From positions 186,001 through 223,477 of the forward strand of contig RSEE01000103.1 in assembly GCA_003971905.1 (NCBI GenBank): 37,477 bases of DNA, given 5' to 3'. Positions within the stretch are counted from its first letter, which is position 1. Every line of letters starts with the position of its first letter. This DNA is from Moniliella sp. 'wahieum'. Taxonomy: Eukaryota. Of this stretch, positions 23,945 through 37,477 are shown piece after piece. The position numbers were made by a program, and so were the translations under genes. A model generated the notes under the pieces. That model did not search any database. It had not been told where the DNA came from and worked only from the letters and a program-made list of their open reading frames with translations.

Positions 23945-24200
23945 TGCTACAGAGTGCGACTTGGGAGCACTCGCGATCCTATGGATGAGGCTGCAAAGCA
24001 GCCTTCAGACAGGCATGAAGGCAAAGGGGTAAGCCACAAGTCTCAAGCAACATCTGAAGGAAAGGAGACAGAGTGAGAGAAGGGATGGAGCGAGCAGGGC
24101 GCGCGCGCCTTGCGAGCGGAACCCTTTCGACCGGTTAAGCGAGAGCGTCACCGATCCATTGAGGGGTGCAGGGGAAGCCTATAGCACTACCCCCCCAACA
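23945..24200 (-). mobile_element. Solo LTR (256 bp) with 5-bp target-site duplication
   Basis: GAAGC|TGCTACAGAG...CCCCAACA|GAAGC gives TG...CA ends and a perfect GAAGC TSD. It is an inverted homolog of 17853-18114. Confidence 0.9.
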
Positions 24201-25137
24201 GAAGCAAGCGGAGGCTGCGAAGGCACTAATAATGTCATCCGATAGCACTTCCTCGTAACATGATGTAAACACCTGGGCTGAGCGCTGACTATCTTCAGTC
24301 GATCTAAAGTGAGCTCTCAGTACTCAGTGCCGGCAAGTTTGACCGATTTGACGGGCTGTTAGCAGCAGGTCCGATGCGCAGGCAGCCATGGACCGCTAAA
24401 CCCTGTGGGTCAGGCGCTCAGATTGAGCTCTGGGCGAGACGACGGCCGAGGTGTGAGGTTTGTGAGGCTAACCTCTGAGGGAAGTGTTAAGTCGTTTTGC
24501 TAATCGCGCCACAGTGCAGGTACACTTTTGGTTTTCAATCTGAAATTGCAGGTGAGATCTGAGAGAGGGACACTGTCCCCAGCGCATGCCAACGGCAGTA
24601 GATCGCTCTTCACCGGACGACCGCCGAGAGCAATTAAGAGCAAGTCAGCAAAGCGACCATCATCTGCATCATCGCATCCAAGCGAGCGAGACGCCGACAG
24701 GCGCTGCTGCTTGCAACACTGACGAGACGTTGATCGTCTTTCACTGCACTGCCCTTCGAGCAAAACAGCGACATGGGGCGGCGAGCTGCCTCATCATCGA
24801 CGTCATCCATCGCGCGTGTGTCGTCTCTGCCCCTTCTCCTTGGCTGTGGCCGCAGCGCGTGTCAGCACGTCGGCACTGGTCAAGTCTGCACCAGCAGAAG
24901 GCACCAGCCTGCTGTCCGCGGGTGCGCATCCCCACCCACCACAACCTTCTCGTAGAGAAGCGCTAACCTCTCGTAGAGGGGCGCGGTCCCCAGCTCGCTC
25001 GCGAGTGGGCAAGGCGCATGTCCATGGAATTTCCTCTGCGCCCGTCCGCCCGCATCAACCCGTGACCGAAAAACTCTCCCTCTTCACCCGCATGGTGCCC
25101 CTTGGCCCACCTGCGCCGAACTGCAAGTTGGCTCTGC

Positions 25138-25143
25138 TATAAA
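25138..25143 (+). promoter_or_regulatory. TATA box of the small GPI-protein gene
   Basis: TATAAA about 130 nt upstream of ATG 25272, followed by a CT-rich leader. Confidence 0.5.
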
Positions 25144-25271
25144 CCGGGTCCTGCCTTGGGGCCATAGCCCTTTACCCCCCCTCTCTCACCGTCTCTTTGT
25201 TCTCCCTCTTACCACCACCTTCACACGATCGTTGCAGTCTGATCCCCCGCGGTCACAGTATTTCATCAGTC

Positions 25272-25983
25272 ATGCAGCTCTCCGCCCTCTTTACTTTCCT
25301 CGCGGCTACAGGTGTCGCTGTGGCCCAGCAGCGCTTCAGTATCAACACGCCCACGACGAGTGTGATCGCGGTACGCATCCATTTCCCCTCCTAGGCGCTG
25401 TTTACCCAGCAATGACTTCCAAAAGAGTTGTCTAACCATATCATTCTGCAGTGCGTGCCCCTTAAGGTTAATTGGTCGGGCGGGCAGGCCCTACTCACTG
25501 GTTGTCCACACCTACAGTGGTAGCCCTGGCCCTGTAATCGACACCATTCCCAACCTGTCCGGCACTTCGTACACGTACCATGTCAAGTCCTCTGCGGCCA
25601 ACCAGCAGCTCGAATTCCAGCTCACGACTCGACCGGTGCCACGGCTCAGTCGGGCGCTACACCCAAGGTGTCGAGCAACCCCTCGTGGTACGTTTCCCTG
25701 CTCTCTTTTTCCCTCTGCATCGGCCTCTTTTTCAATCATACCCTTCTGACCCATCGTCATTTGTTCAACAAGCTCGGGCAGCGGTTCGGGCGGCGGTGGC
25801 GGTCGGGTTCAGCCTCATCAGGTTCTGGACCTTCCTCTCGGCTGCGGCGTCGAGTGCGGGGAGCAAACCGTCCGGTTCTTCCGCCCCGAGCTCGTCCAAG
25901 TCCAATCCTCGGCCTCGGGCCCGCTCCGTGCCTCGGCGGCACTGGCTGGGATGGTGGGAGTGGCTGCTGCGGCACTGCTCTAA
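25272..25983 (+). CDS. Small secreted Ser-rich, GPI-anchored cell-surface protein
   Basis: Signal peptide MQLSALFTFLAATGVAVA, then FSINTPTTSVIA|CVPLKVNWSGG...GTSYTYHV...FQLTDSTGATAQS, a Ser-rich stalk and the hydrophobic tail ALAGMVGVAAAALL*. Introns 25371-25451 and 25688-25772. Confidence 0.8.
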
Positions 25984-26594
25984 TATCTCCCCTCTCTTAC
26001 GTCCTGTAGCCGCCCTTGCGATGCGTTCCTACGGGTCTCCTCCCGTATGCCTTTTGTAGGTTCTTTCCACAGGCGGGCTGGGCCAAGTCAACGGGGCCCC
26101 ATCTTAATCCCTGTTCCTTCGCCTTCCTAGTTTGTTTCGGTCCCTACCGCGCGTGGGCTGCGCACACTCTCATACGATATAGCAGCGGCCACCCACCTAC
26201 CCATCTATACTACTTTCCTGATTTTGCTCTCCGGATTGCCAACCTCTTTTCTTTGCCTTCGGGCCTCTTCAAAGTACCTACCTGTTGTTGCTTTTGTCTC
26301 ATCGATCGTACCCTCATCCCTTTGCCGCTTTTGTGTGTTTTCATCCTTTTTTTCCCTTTCCATATGTGCTCGCTCTATATATACTAGCCACGTAGTCGGC
26401 TGACAGGCTCTATCCGGCCCCATGACGGATAGAAAACCACCACACCGGCGTCATGGTCCTCGTAGGCAAATCAGGTAAATCTTCTCATTGCTCTCCGCCG
26501 ATCCTGTTCCCCTTCCCCTACCAGCGCATCCTTTGCTCCCCTTGGTACTTGATCTAATTCGTATCGCCCGTCCCTTACACCGGCGCTACCAATA

Positions 26595-29500
26595 ATGGCG
26601 AAGCGTTTATTCGCCTTGCCGCACGGTTGGATCTACGGTGTTGATACGTCGATCAAGGTGATTGAAATGTTCACGCCAGCCCAGGCGCCCATCACGAGAC
26701 GCAGCAACGCCGAGCAAGGCGTGGACAACCACTGGAATCGCGCGATGGCCATCGCGGACGCCGGCGTGACGCCCGCGGATATGCTCGGGCCAGCCCCAGC
26801 GCCACATGTGGTGCCGCGGGCAGCTCGAACGCAGTCGTGCCTGCTTGCTGTCCTGCTGGTCGCCGCCTCGGCCGACGAGGGCTCGCCGCAGATCGTCTTT
26901 CGCTGGCCGCGTCGGCCAGCGGTGCGCAAACGTCACTCGCGTGTCAAGTACTACACCCAGCAGGAGCATCCGCCCCACCACCATCGCCACCACCACCACA
27001 ATCAACCACAAGACTCTGATCACAACGCCACGCGCCCCTGCCCCCCAGGACCCAGCCCTGCCCGCCGTCCCCCCACGTCGAGCGGCGGCTATGCCTCTGT
27101 TGCCGCCGTCGCTGCCGCGTCATCTGGAATCGTCTCCCCCGGCACAGCTGCTGCCACTACCACTTCTCCGACTGCGCTGGCGAATAGCCGCGGTCGTGCT
27201 CCGACTGTGAGCACGGTGCGCGATCGCGCCGATGCTGTGCGGGGATTGCGGTACGAGGACCCAGTCACCACAGGCGCCACCCTTGCGTCGTAGGGGTGAT
27301 TCGAACCATGCCCACGCCTCCTCTTCGATCCGGGGCGGTACGGAAAAGGGTTTCATCGGCTACGTCTGGCAGTGGCATCGGCGCTCAGTATTCCGATCCT
27401 GTCGGCATGCCCTATTCCCAAGCCCCGCCGCCCGCAGACCCCTCGGATGTGTTTAGTGAAGATCACGAGGACTATTCCGGATACTCCACCTCCTCCTCTG
27501 ACTCCAGTCCTCTTCCCGCACCCAGTCGACCGACAGTGACGTGCCCATGGACGCTGCCGCCGCATGACCGCCGTGGCTCGGACCAGTCCGGCTCGGTGTC
27601 GAATCCAGGCGCACGGATGGGGGCGAGTTGGACCAGCCCTGCTCCAGGGTTAAAGGAGGATCTGCGTCCCGACTCGCAATCGCCGGGTCCGGGTACGATG
27701 AGGCGTCCCTGACCAAATCCTATAACCGCTACCTTGGCTTTGACACGACCTATCTTGCCAGCATGCTCAACCCTCGCGAGTTGAGCGACCGCAAGTTTGA
27801 ACTGATTGTGGACGACCTGGCCTTTGTTGGCCACCCAGTCTCGCTTTCACCTGGAACGACCGCGACTGGTACGGGGCAACCGATGGCGCGCAACTCGACC
27901 GATTACTTGGCTGCCGACACGGCTCCTCTCCCTGTTGATCCCGGCTGGGACGCCGCTGACATGGGACAGACACCAAGTTCTCGCTCGCACTCTTTTTCTT
28001 CCTCTGGTTCGCCGCTCCCGTTCGGCACGGAGAAGGAAGAGCCTGCTCGGGGAGTGGACTGCAGTTTTTTCCATTTTGTTCTCGTTTTGGACGGCCAGAC
28101 CCGTCGTGGGACATGCCGTTTATGGATGCCAACTTGGCCATGCAGTTTTTTATACTAAGTTGTCTTTAAGATGACCGCCGCCCTCTATGCCGAGCAGGAA
28201 CGAGTCAACTTTGTTGGCACCGAAGTCCACCGGCTTGTGGTGCTCAAGGAGAAGTGCATGCGCCTCGGCTTTTCCCTAAAGCAATTCCAAAACCAAGCCT
28301 TGGCCACCTCCTCTTTGGCCCGCAGCCTTCGGAACGTGTTCACCAAGATCTCGGCCGGCGAAGACTGTGGTGGTCATCAACATCGCATCGAGGCTCATCT
28401 GCAGTTGCCTCCCATCCTGCGACTGGGACCAGTGCTGCACAAGGTGCAGGATGTGGTGACCGACTTGGACCCGAACGATCCCGAGTGGCTCAAGGGCTCG
28501 GATTCGCTGGTTTGGGGGATGGGAGAGATACATTTGAAGCGATGATGCAGCTCGTCCCGAGGAGCTCATGTACGAGGAGTGGACGCGGACCATTGGGCCG
28601 TACCTGCTGCCATGGAAGACTCTGCTGATGATGGACGACTCGCTTTCAAATTCCCGACATCCTTTCGCCCACGGCCGACTGGGCGGAAGATGGTGCTCAC
28701 CCCCGCTCCGACACGTGGACACGTGGACTGGCTTCGACGTCCCTGTCCATGGCCCGCACTCGCCCCAGCTCTCCCGACCCCAAGCGGCCGAAATGTGGGC
28801 AGAGGCCGTCGGCATGGAACCATGGGCCGAGCAGTTTATCCGACTGCTGCGCCCTACGCCCGAGGGCATCCCCACGTACGTACCCGCTCCCGCCGTGTTC
28901 CTTGTGCGATGTGAAATTAAAACTGCGCCAGCTTTGCCGAGCTGCAAGACCTGCTCGGCTGGAGCCAATGCGAGGACATTTACCCCATGGTGCGCCCACC
29001 TGATCTACTACCGCGAGGCCAAGGTGGTGGATGTTCCGCGGATCAAGAACATCTACATGGTCTCCCCGCTGCTAGACCCGGTTGAGTGCGTCCCCCCCCC
29101 CCCCCCCTCCCCTTCCCTCTTCCGTCCGGACCCCGTCTGACTCCCCGCCTGCTTGCCAGTCTGCCCACCTACGCGTCGGCGTGGGCACGGGACATGCCCC
29201 AGTTCTCCCCCTTTCCCGCTTTCCTGCCGACTGTCAGCTTCGACTCAGGCGTTCAGCAAGCCCCCGACTTTATGCTACGGGGCAAGGCGCATGCTGTGGC
29301 CAAGGCACTCCACATTCGTCATGGAGGCAACCTAGGCGCGATCGTCAAAGCCCTTGCCTTCCGTGCGCTGATTTGGCTCTTGCGTGCCGACGTGATCGTC
29401 CAGTTGCACGTCGCCTCCGCATCCAGATCCGCCCCGAAATCAAGGCGGCTTGGCGGGCCAGCAAAACAGAGTTCGCGTGCTCGCGCCGAGGCCCGAGCCC

Positions 29501-30749
29501 GCGCCCATCCCAGCGCTTCCACCTCCTCTGGCCCTGCCTCCTCGGCAATGGGTGTGCCTCTTCCTGATCCGGTCGAGCCCCAACGGGTCCCCATGCAGCG
29601 TAAACTCTCCAGTTCCCTTACCCAGCTCCCATCTAGCCGTGGGCCCACCAGCTCGTCCTTCGTCGGGCCCCAATCAACTACCTTGGGCACGCTCTTGCGC
29701 GGCCCGCCCACTACCGAAGCTTTGCCCGAACTGACGTTTGATCGTATCCCCGTCAAGCCCATCGAATCCAATCCCGCTCCCTCAGGCGTGTCGCTGATGC
29801 AGCGTGGACGACTTGGCAAGCGAGCGACCGCTCGCGAGCCTCCGTCCGGACCCGCCTTTTCCCTCTGCCAGAACTGGGACGGGTCTGGCCATCCTTCCCC
29901 TGAAGTGCGTCACCCGGCGCTTCCCGGAGCTTGGGCACGGTACAGAGTGAGCCGGTGGCAGTGCGCTTGCTTTCCCACCACCAACCCCGCTCCATCTCGC
30001 GTCCGCGTAAGGTCATCCGTGGTTTGGCGGGGACGAGCAAGTGGCCATTCACCAAGATGACCGCGTTCCTGCCGATTCGCCCAGCCGAGCCAGACCGCCT
30101 TTGGCCTCACTCCGCTGAGCACACCCGTCGGTAGTGCACTTTCGGCAGCCGTCCCGCCTCGGCCCTGTCCCGGCCCCCCGAGGGCCCGGACCCGGCCCTT
30201 GCTCCAGTCTTTTCTCATCCCCCCGCCCCATGTCGGGCGAACGGGGGCTAGGCGAGTCCAACGCGATGAGTGCCGCCACGGGCCTGTCGAGCCTCTTTGC
30301 CGGTGCCCCCTGGGGCCGGGGAAACGGGACAGTAAGCACACCCTCTCCCGCTGGGGCCGAAGCCAAGCTATTCGAGGCCGAGGAACTGTTGGCTGAGTCG
30401 GATTGGCTCTCGATCCCGATTGACGAGGCAACTATCAAGGAGCCCACGCAGATGACCTGGTTCGAGGGCGAGTGGGTGGACTTGGTGATGGAGCGTGCGC
30501 AGCAAGGCGAACCGAGTCGACGCGCGGCGAGGTGCCTGACATGCCTGATCCACCGATGCCCCCTGCGGGCGGGAAGATGGAGAGTGGTCGTGGCTCGGCG
30601 GCGGCGGCGGTGCTGCGGCGCATCCTGCCCTACCTTAATGGCAAGCACTCGCTCGACGAGATTGCGCTGCGGGAGGATCTGCGACGGAGAGAGATTCGGC
30701 TGGTGCGGAGACGTTCAAAGAGGATCTGATTGAGTTCCTGCACCCTTGA
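26595..30749 (+). CDS. NPR3: Nitrogen permease regulator 3 (SEACIT/GATOR1 subunit)
   Basis: LLAVLLV...PQIVFRWP, YLGFDTTYLASMLNP...RKFELIVDDLAFVGHPV, FFHFVLVLD, KMTAALYAEQERVNFV, LLPWKTLL, HLIYYREAKVVD, and C-terminal RILPYLNGKHSLDEIALREDLRRREIR...LIEFLHP*. Introns at about 28876-28931 and 29086-29159. The start could be any ATG from 26595 to 26781. Confidence 0.88.
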
Positions 30750-31644
30750 GGCGGGTGGGCAGGTGGGGAGGTGTGTGTGGGTGGGGTGGTGTCTGTGCGT
30801 GGCAATCCACATGGACTGGAGGGATGGATGGAATGGGCGATGGAACAGACACGGGTCCAACAGGCTTGCAGCGTGTTGCGTGGCTCGATCGGCGTATCCA
30901 CTGGATGCGGCCGCCAGCTGCAGCTGCGCCGTTGGTAGAAGGACGTACTGCACCGGATAACAAGGATGTAGTCCCCACGGCGTTCTGAAGGGGGGATGGC
31001 TTGCCACCCGTACTGGGCGGAGTAGGAGGACGCACGCTGGAGAGATGCGATAATCCCACTATCATGGGCCACTGTTCTGGCAGCATAGCAATTCGACTAG
31101 CGACTGGATTATTATTCGCCTGTCCCGCTTGGCCCTCCGGCCCTCCTGGGTCTCCTGGCGAGCACCGTCGCCTTGGCCTCTCAGGAATGGGGTGCGGGAG
31201 AAACGTCAAGGGAAGCGAGACGCGAGCGCAGGCAGGTCCGGTAGACGAAGATCACCACCAGGCGCAGGAAAGCGTCTGCGCGGCAGGCCAGCTACCCGAG
31301 TGTCGATGGTGCTGATGTGTCGATGATGGACGTACTGGACACGCCAAGCGAGCCCTCCATTAATCAGCCGGGCCCTGCGCTGCAGTGCTGTGCCCGGCGG
31401 GTGGGTGGTGGGGGTGGCTGTGTGGGATGCAGCCAGCACTGCCACGGCACTGCGCCACTCCCCACCTGGCCCACTCTGCAGGAACCGCGTTGCATCGATG
31501 CACGGGGGCAGTATGCGCACGGCCATCGCCCGGCCTCACTGGTCTGCTGCGCGGGCTCGGCAAATGCACCCTGGCACTGGGCATCGCACGGCGCCGTGTG
31601 CACCAGCCACTCCACCTGCCTTTCTGCCTTTTCTGCCCCCCCAG

Positions 31645-31673
31645 CCACCACCACCACCACCACCACCACCACC
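31645..31673 (+). repeat. (CCA)n microsatellite in the cyclin upstream region
   Basis: About 9-10 CCA units followed by CT-rich tracts. Confidence 0.85.
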
Positions 31674-31852
31674 GTTCCGCCTCCACCTCCACTCTTCCTC
31701 TCTTCTTCTTCTTTTCTGCTTTTCTGCTCTTCTGCTTTCACTGGTCGAGAGGGCCACCTCCCTCTCTGTGCGCTCCCGCCATCCACGCTCGTTACTTTCC
31801 GTCCGCCCCCCCCCCCCCACGCTCCCTTCCTCCCCGTCCCACTGCGATCACT

Positions 31853-33409
31853 ATGATGGCCCTCAGCACCGACTCACGCCTTGCACGAACCCACATCCAC
31901 AGCATGTCCAGCACCACCGCCTCAGCTCGCTGCGGTAGCCTCAAGACCGCATCCAAACGTCACTCTGCTGTGTTGTCTCACGCGCGCCGCACTGCTTCGG
32001 TCCCCCACCCGGCTGTCCAGGCCGTGCCACGTGTTTTCCCGTGCCCCCTGGCCCCGCGCCATACTCCCCTTCTTCCGTCCATCGTTCCCACTTCTCGTCT
32101 TTCTCTTCGTCTTTCTCTTCCTCACCTGTACCCGATACCAACGCCTCTGACCACATGATCACCGACGTGTCTCCCTCTTGTCCGAGACGGAGGACTATGT
32201 GGACCTCGAATACCACAGCGAGGTGGTGGCCCACATGCTCAAGATGGAGGTGCGCACTCGATCCGATCACTCCCACGTGCATTTTTGGGATGAAACTGAC
32301 CGGATTCGCTGGTGGATGCTGCACTGCAGGATGCCACTCGTCCCACCTTGGCATGATGGACCAGCCCGAAGTCACCTGGCGCCTACGTCCGTATGTGTTG
32401 GACTTTATGATTGAGATGCACGTCATGTTCGAGTTTCGCCCGAGACACTCTATGTGGCGGTGGGTGTACTGGATCGGTACCTTAGCAAGCGAGTGGTGCT
32501 CAAGCGTCACTACCAGCTCCGGGGCTGTGGCAATGTGGATTGCGGCCAAGTACGAGGACGACAAGGACGCGGTTCCTACCCCCATCGAGCTGGTGGCCAT
32601 GTGTTGTAACTCGCTGATCAGTCGGCGTTCTACCAAATGGAGGCACATATGCTCTCTACCCTGCGCTACGCTATTGGGCGTCCATCGCATGAGGCCTGGT
32701 TGCGCATGTACCTTGCTGGTGATCCTGCGTTGCTGCGTGAGAAGAACCCAGCCGGGCTGATCGCGGTGGCCCGCCTGGCTCTTCATGTGAGCTTGTACCA
32801 GCGGGAGTTTGTGCCGCTGCCCCCCAGCTCAGTCACGGTAGGCGCGCTGTGGTTAGCCGATATTCTGCTCTCCCCCTCTGGTCCCGTGGCTTCTGCAATC
32901 AGTCGCGCCTACGACGAGCTGGACCCGTTGGCATGCGAGGCGATGTTGGCGCTTCACATGCGCTGCGGAATGAGGATGTGTCCCCATTGGTCCGGCAGTT
33001 GTTCCCAGCACGTACTTGCTGTGCAGCAGGCGTTCCGCAGGTGCATCAGCATGCCTCGATGGCCCTCTTGACCGCCACCCTGCCTTCGCCCCCCAGTCTG
33101 ATGGCCACCCCGCCCGCTCGCGGGCGCAGCTCGGGGTCGGACACCCCCATCACCCCTCCCTTGGGCGGGCTGTGGCCTACGCCCCAAACCGTGGGCACGA
33201 CCACGACGGACGACTATGACCCAGGACCCTATACCCCCTTCCACCGTGCTCTCCCCCCTGGTCAACTGTGCTCTTCCCGACGGCGCAGTGATGATGAAAA
33301 CGGACATGCCACTTTCCCCCACCAACCTCCTCACCCCTTGATCCAGTCCACTGCCTTGCCAACGGCCCGCGCGGGGCCCACGATCGTGGTGGATCGGCAA
33401 GATGTATGA
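31853..33409 (+). CDS. G1/S-type cyclin (Cln1/Ccn1-like)
   Basis: EYHSEVVAHMLKME|intron 32250-32329|...MMDQPEVTWRLRPYVLDFMIEMH...LDRYLSKRVVLKRHYQL...AMWIAAKYED...QMEAHMLSTLRYAIGRPSHEAWL. The C-terminus is PEST-like with several S/T-P sites. Start approximate. Confidence 0.88.
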
Positions 33410-34279
33410 CCCTGAGCAGTGCGCTCTTGGTCCCATGCGCATGGCCCAGCCCACGAGAGCACGAGAGCACGAGAGCACGAAAGCAATTTGGTTCTGTTTG
33501 ACTTTTGACGCTCGTGCTCCATCCATTACTACCACACTTCAATGCCCGCCCCCCTGCTGTATTTGACAGCTACTCAAGTTCAAGCTCTTCTCAAGTCTCA
33601 TCGATCACCACCTCACTTTTCACTCAAGATATCAAATTCAACATCTCCGATCCCGCATTGCAAGTATACGCTTCAAGCTTGAAGCTTCCAGCCTCCAGTC
33701 TCCTCCTGCTTTTCCACCCACGCCCACGCGAGTGTGCCCTGCCTCCTCTGCTTGCTCATGCCTTCGTTTTCTAGTTCCGCGGCACCTGCTTGTGGCCAGT
33801 CAGGGCCAGTACCAGCGGGTAAGCCGGCCATGCCCCCCAGTATGATTTGCGTATCCCTGCTGTGTGCTGTCGCCCGCTCGCCTGTCTTTCCTTCTGTTGC
33901 CGCTCGTTGTGTGGCCCGAGATGCGACTGCCGTGGTGGTTGAGTATGCATCGAGCCAGCATCTGTGCGTGTGTTGGTGTGGGGGGAGGGGTGCGCAGGCC
34001 AGATGACCAGCGTCAGGTAGGTTAGCCTCACTGAGGGGTCCTGACTGTGAAATGTGAAGTTGGATGGTGCCCACGTAATCGAGAAGCGCACGCCAGGAGT
34101 AGCTGCGCAGGTGTGACGTCATGGCACGGCCACCCGGCGTGACGTGGCGCCAGCGGGGCGCTGCCAGCGGATGGGGCTGGGATGGGCTGACTGGGCTAAG
34201 CGACGGGGGCCCACCCCTTACGCCGCAGCGCCCCATTCGCTTGCCTGCCCTCCACCGTGTCGTCTCTGCGCCGCCCTGC

Positions 34280-36653
<2,374 letters not shown>

Positions 36654-37107
36654 CCAGCGCCTATTTCACGAAAAGGCCACCACAGTGCCTACTTAGTAGC
36701 ATCGATATCACCTTAGATCTTACACCACTTGAGAAACGCATGCATCATGCCGTGGGCGCTGTCCTCTTTCTTCGGCTGGCCGCTGAGCCCGGGTGTGTTT
36801 TGGTGTAGGTATGGAATTGGCACAGGCATGATACTAGGACACTAGATGGATCCCGCCGGCTGAGCTGTGGTTGCGTGATGTTTGATTCTGCCCCAGGAGG
36901 TCATGAACCCAAAGGGGGTAGTAGCGGGAGAGCTTTTTCAGTGGTGGAACAACGCCACATGCCATTATATTGCCTCACTATCGTCGCGGGTGAGGTGGGG
37001 CGCGCACGAGACACGTCAGGTGCAGGTGCAGTTGGATTGGTGTAGCAGAGGTGTTCAGCGCCGAGCCGCGTCTCCGACATGACGGGAGAAGAGACCCCGT
37101 ACGCCGC

Positions 37108-37159
37108 CTGCATCAGTCAGACAAAAGAAGAGGTGCGGTGTAGGTCGGTTTTCCCTCAC
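37108..37159 (-). other. Probable intron of an unidentified minus-strand transcript
   Basis: Minus strand reads CCT|GTGAGG...TCTTCTTTTGTCTGACTGATGCAG| (52 nt, CTGAC branch point). The flanking peptide is not recognisable. Confidence 0.35.
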
Positions 37160-37477
37160 AGGTGCGGGGGAGCAACCCCCCCCTCGGCGGGCCGAGAACG
37201 GAATGCGGGCGGCAGCACCCATGGCGCCGCAGCCAGCGCCGACGCCGAGGCCCAGATGCCGCCCACGCCGGCCCAGACGGCGGCGGCTGCCCTCAGGGCG
37301 GGCCGGCAAATGCCGATGGGCGTCATCGATCATCGATCACCACGCGCTGTGTGGTGGGTAAATTGTATATGCCTCCCTCGTGCAAGCAGCCGCGTCACCC
37401 ATCCCCGTCATGGATCATCCACCTCGCTACGCCTTCCGCCGGGCCGGGGGCCGCCGCTGTGTGCGGAGACCAGCGCC

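Noticed and set aside
17853..24200. Composite transposon carrying PLB1 between inverted repeats
   Set aside because: Each repeat has its own TG...CA ends and its own flanking duplication. The outer flanks (AATTG versus GAAGC) do not match, and no transposase is present.
24396..24404. CTAAACCCT as a telomerase RNA template
   Set aside because: It is a single 9-mer of the plant TTTAGGG type, with no supporting pseudoknot or other TER features that I could identify.

Overview
Fungal nuclear DNA, most likely a basidiomycete. Compact genes and a few short GT-AG introns with CTRAC-type branch points suggest Ustilaginomycotina (inference). Almost every gene, including essential ones, is broken by single-base frameshifts. 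This looks like unpolished long-read sequence, so the CDS limits below are reconstructed across frames. Genes in order: pICln/Lot5-like, calcipressin (RCAN), sugar-alcohol SDR, RPS11, a hypothetical membrane protein, a Pro-rich protein with Red1/ZFC3H1-like motifs, FZO1, URB2, GPI-anchored phospholipase B, a small GPI-anchored Ser-rich protein, NPR3, a G1 cyclin and an AFG3/YTA12 m-AAA protease. A ~260-bp solo-LTR family occurs in 4 copies, one with a perfect 5-bp TSD. Three things stand out. (1) About 20 intergenic sites follow one grammar, T[N]A + palindromic 4-mer + T[N]A with a 7-nt period, although their primary sequences differ. (2) The pICln-like and calcipressin coding regions abut or overlap, leaving no room for a promoter (fusion, readthrough or bicistron). 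(3) A Red1-like protein appears to lack its zinc finger.
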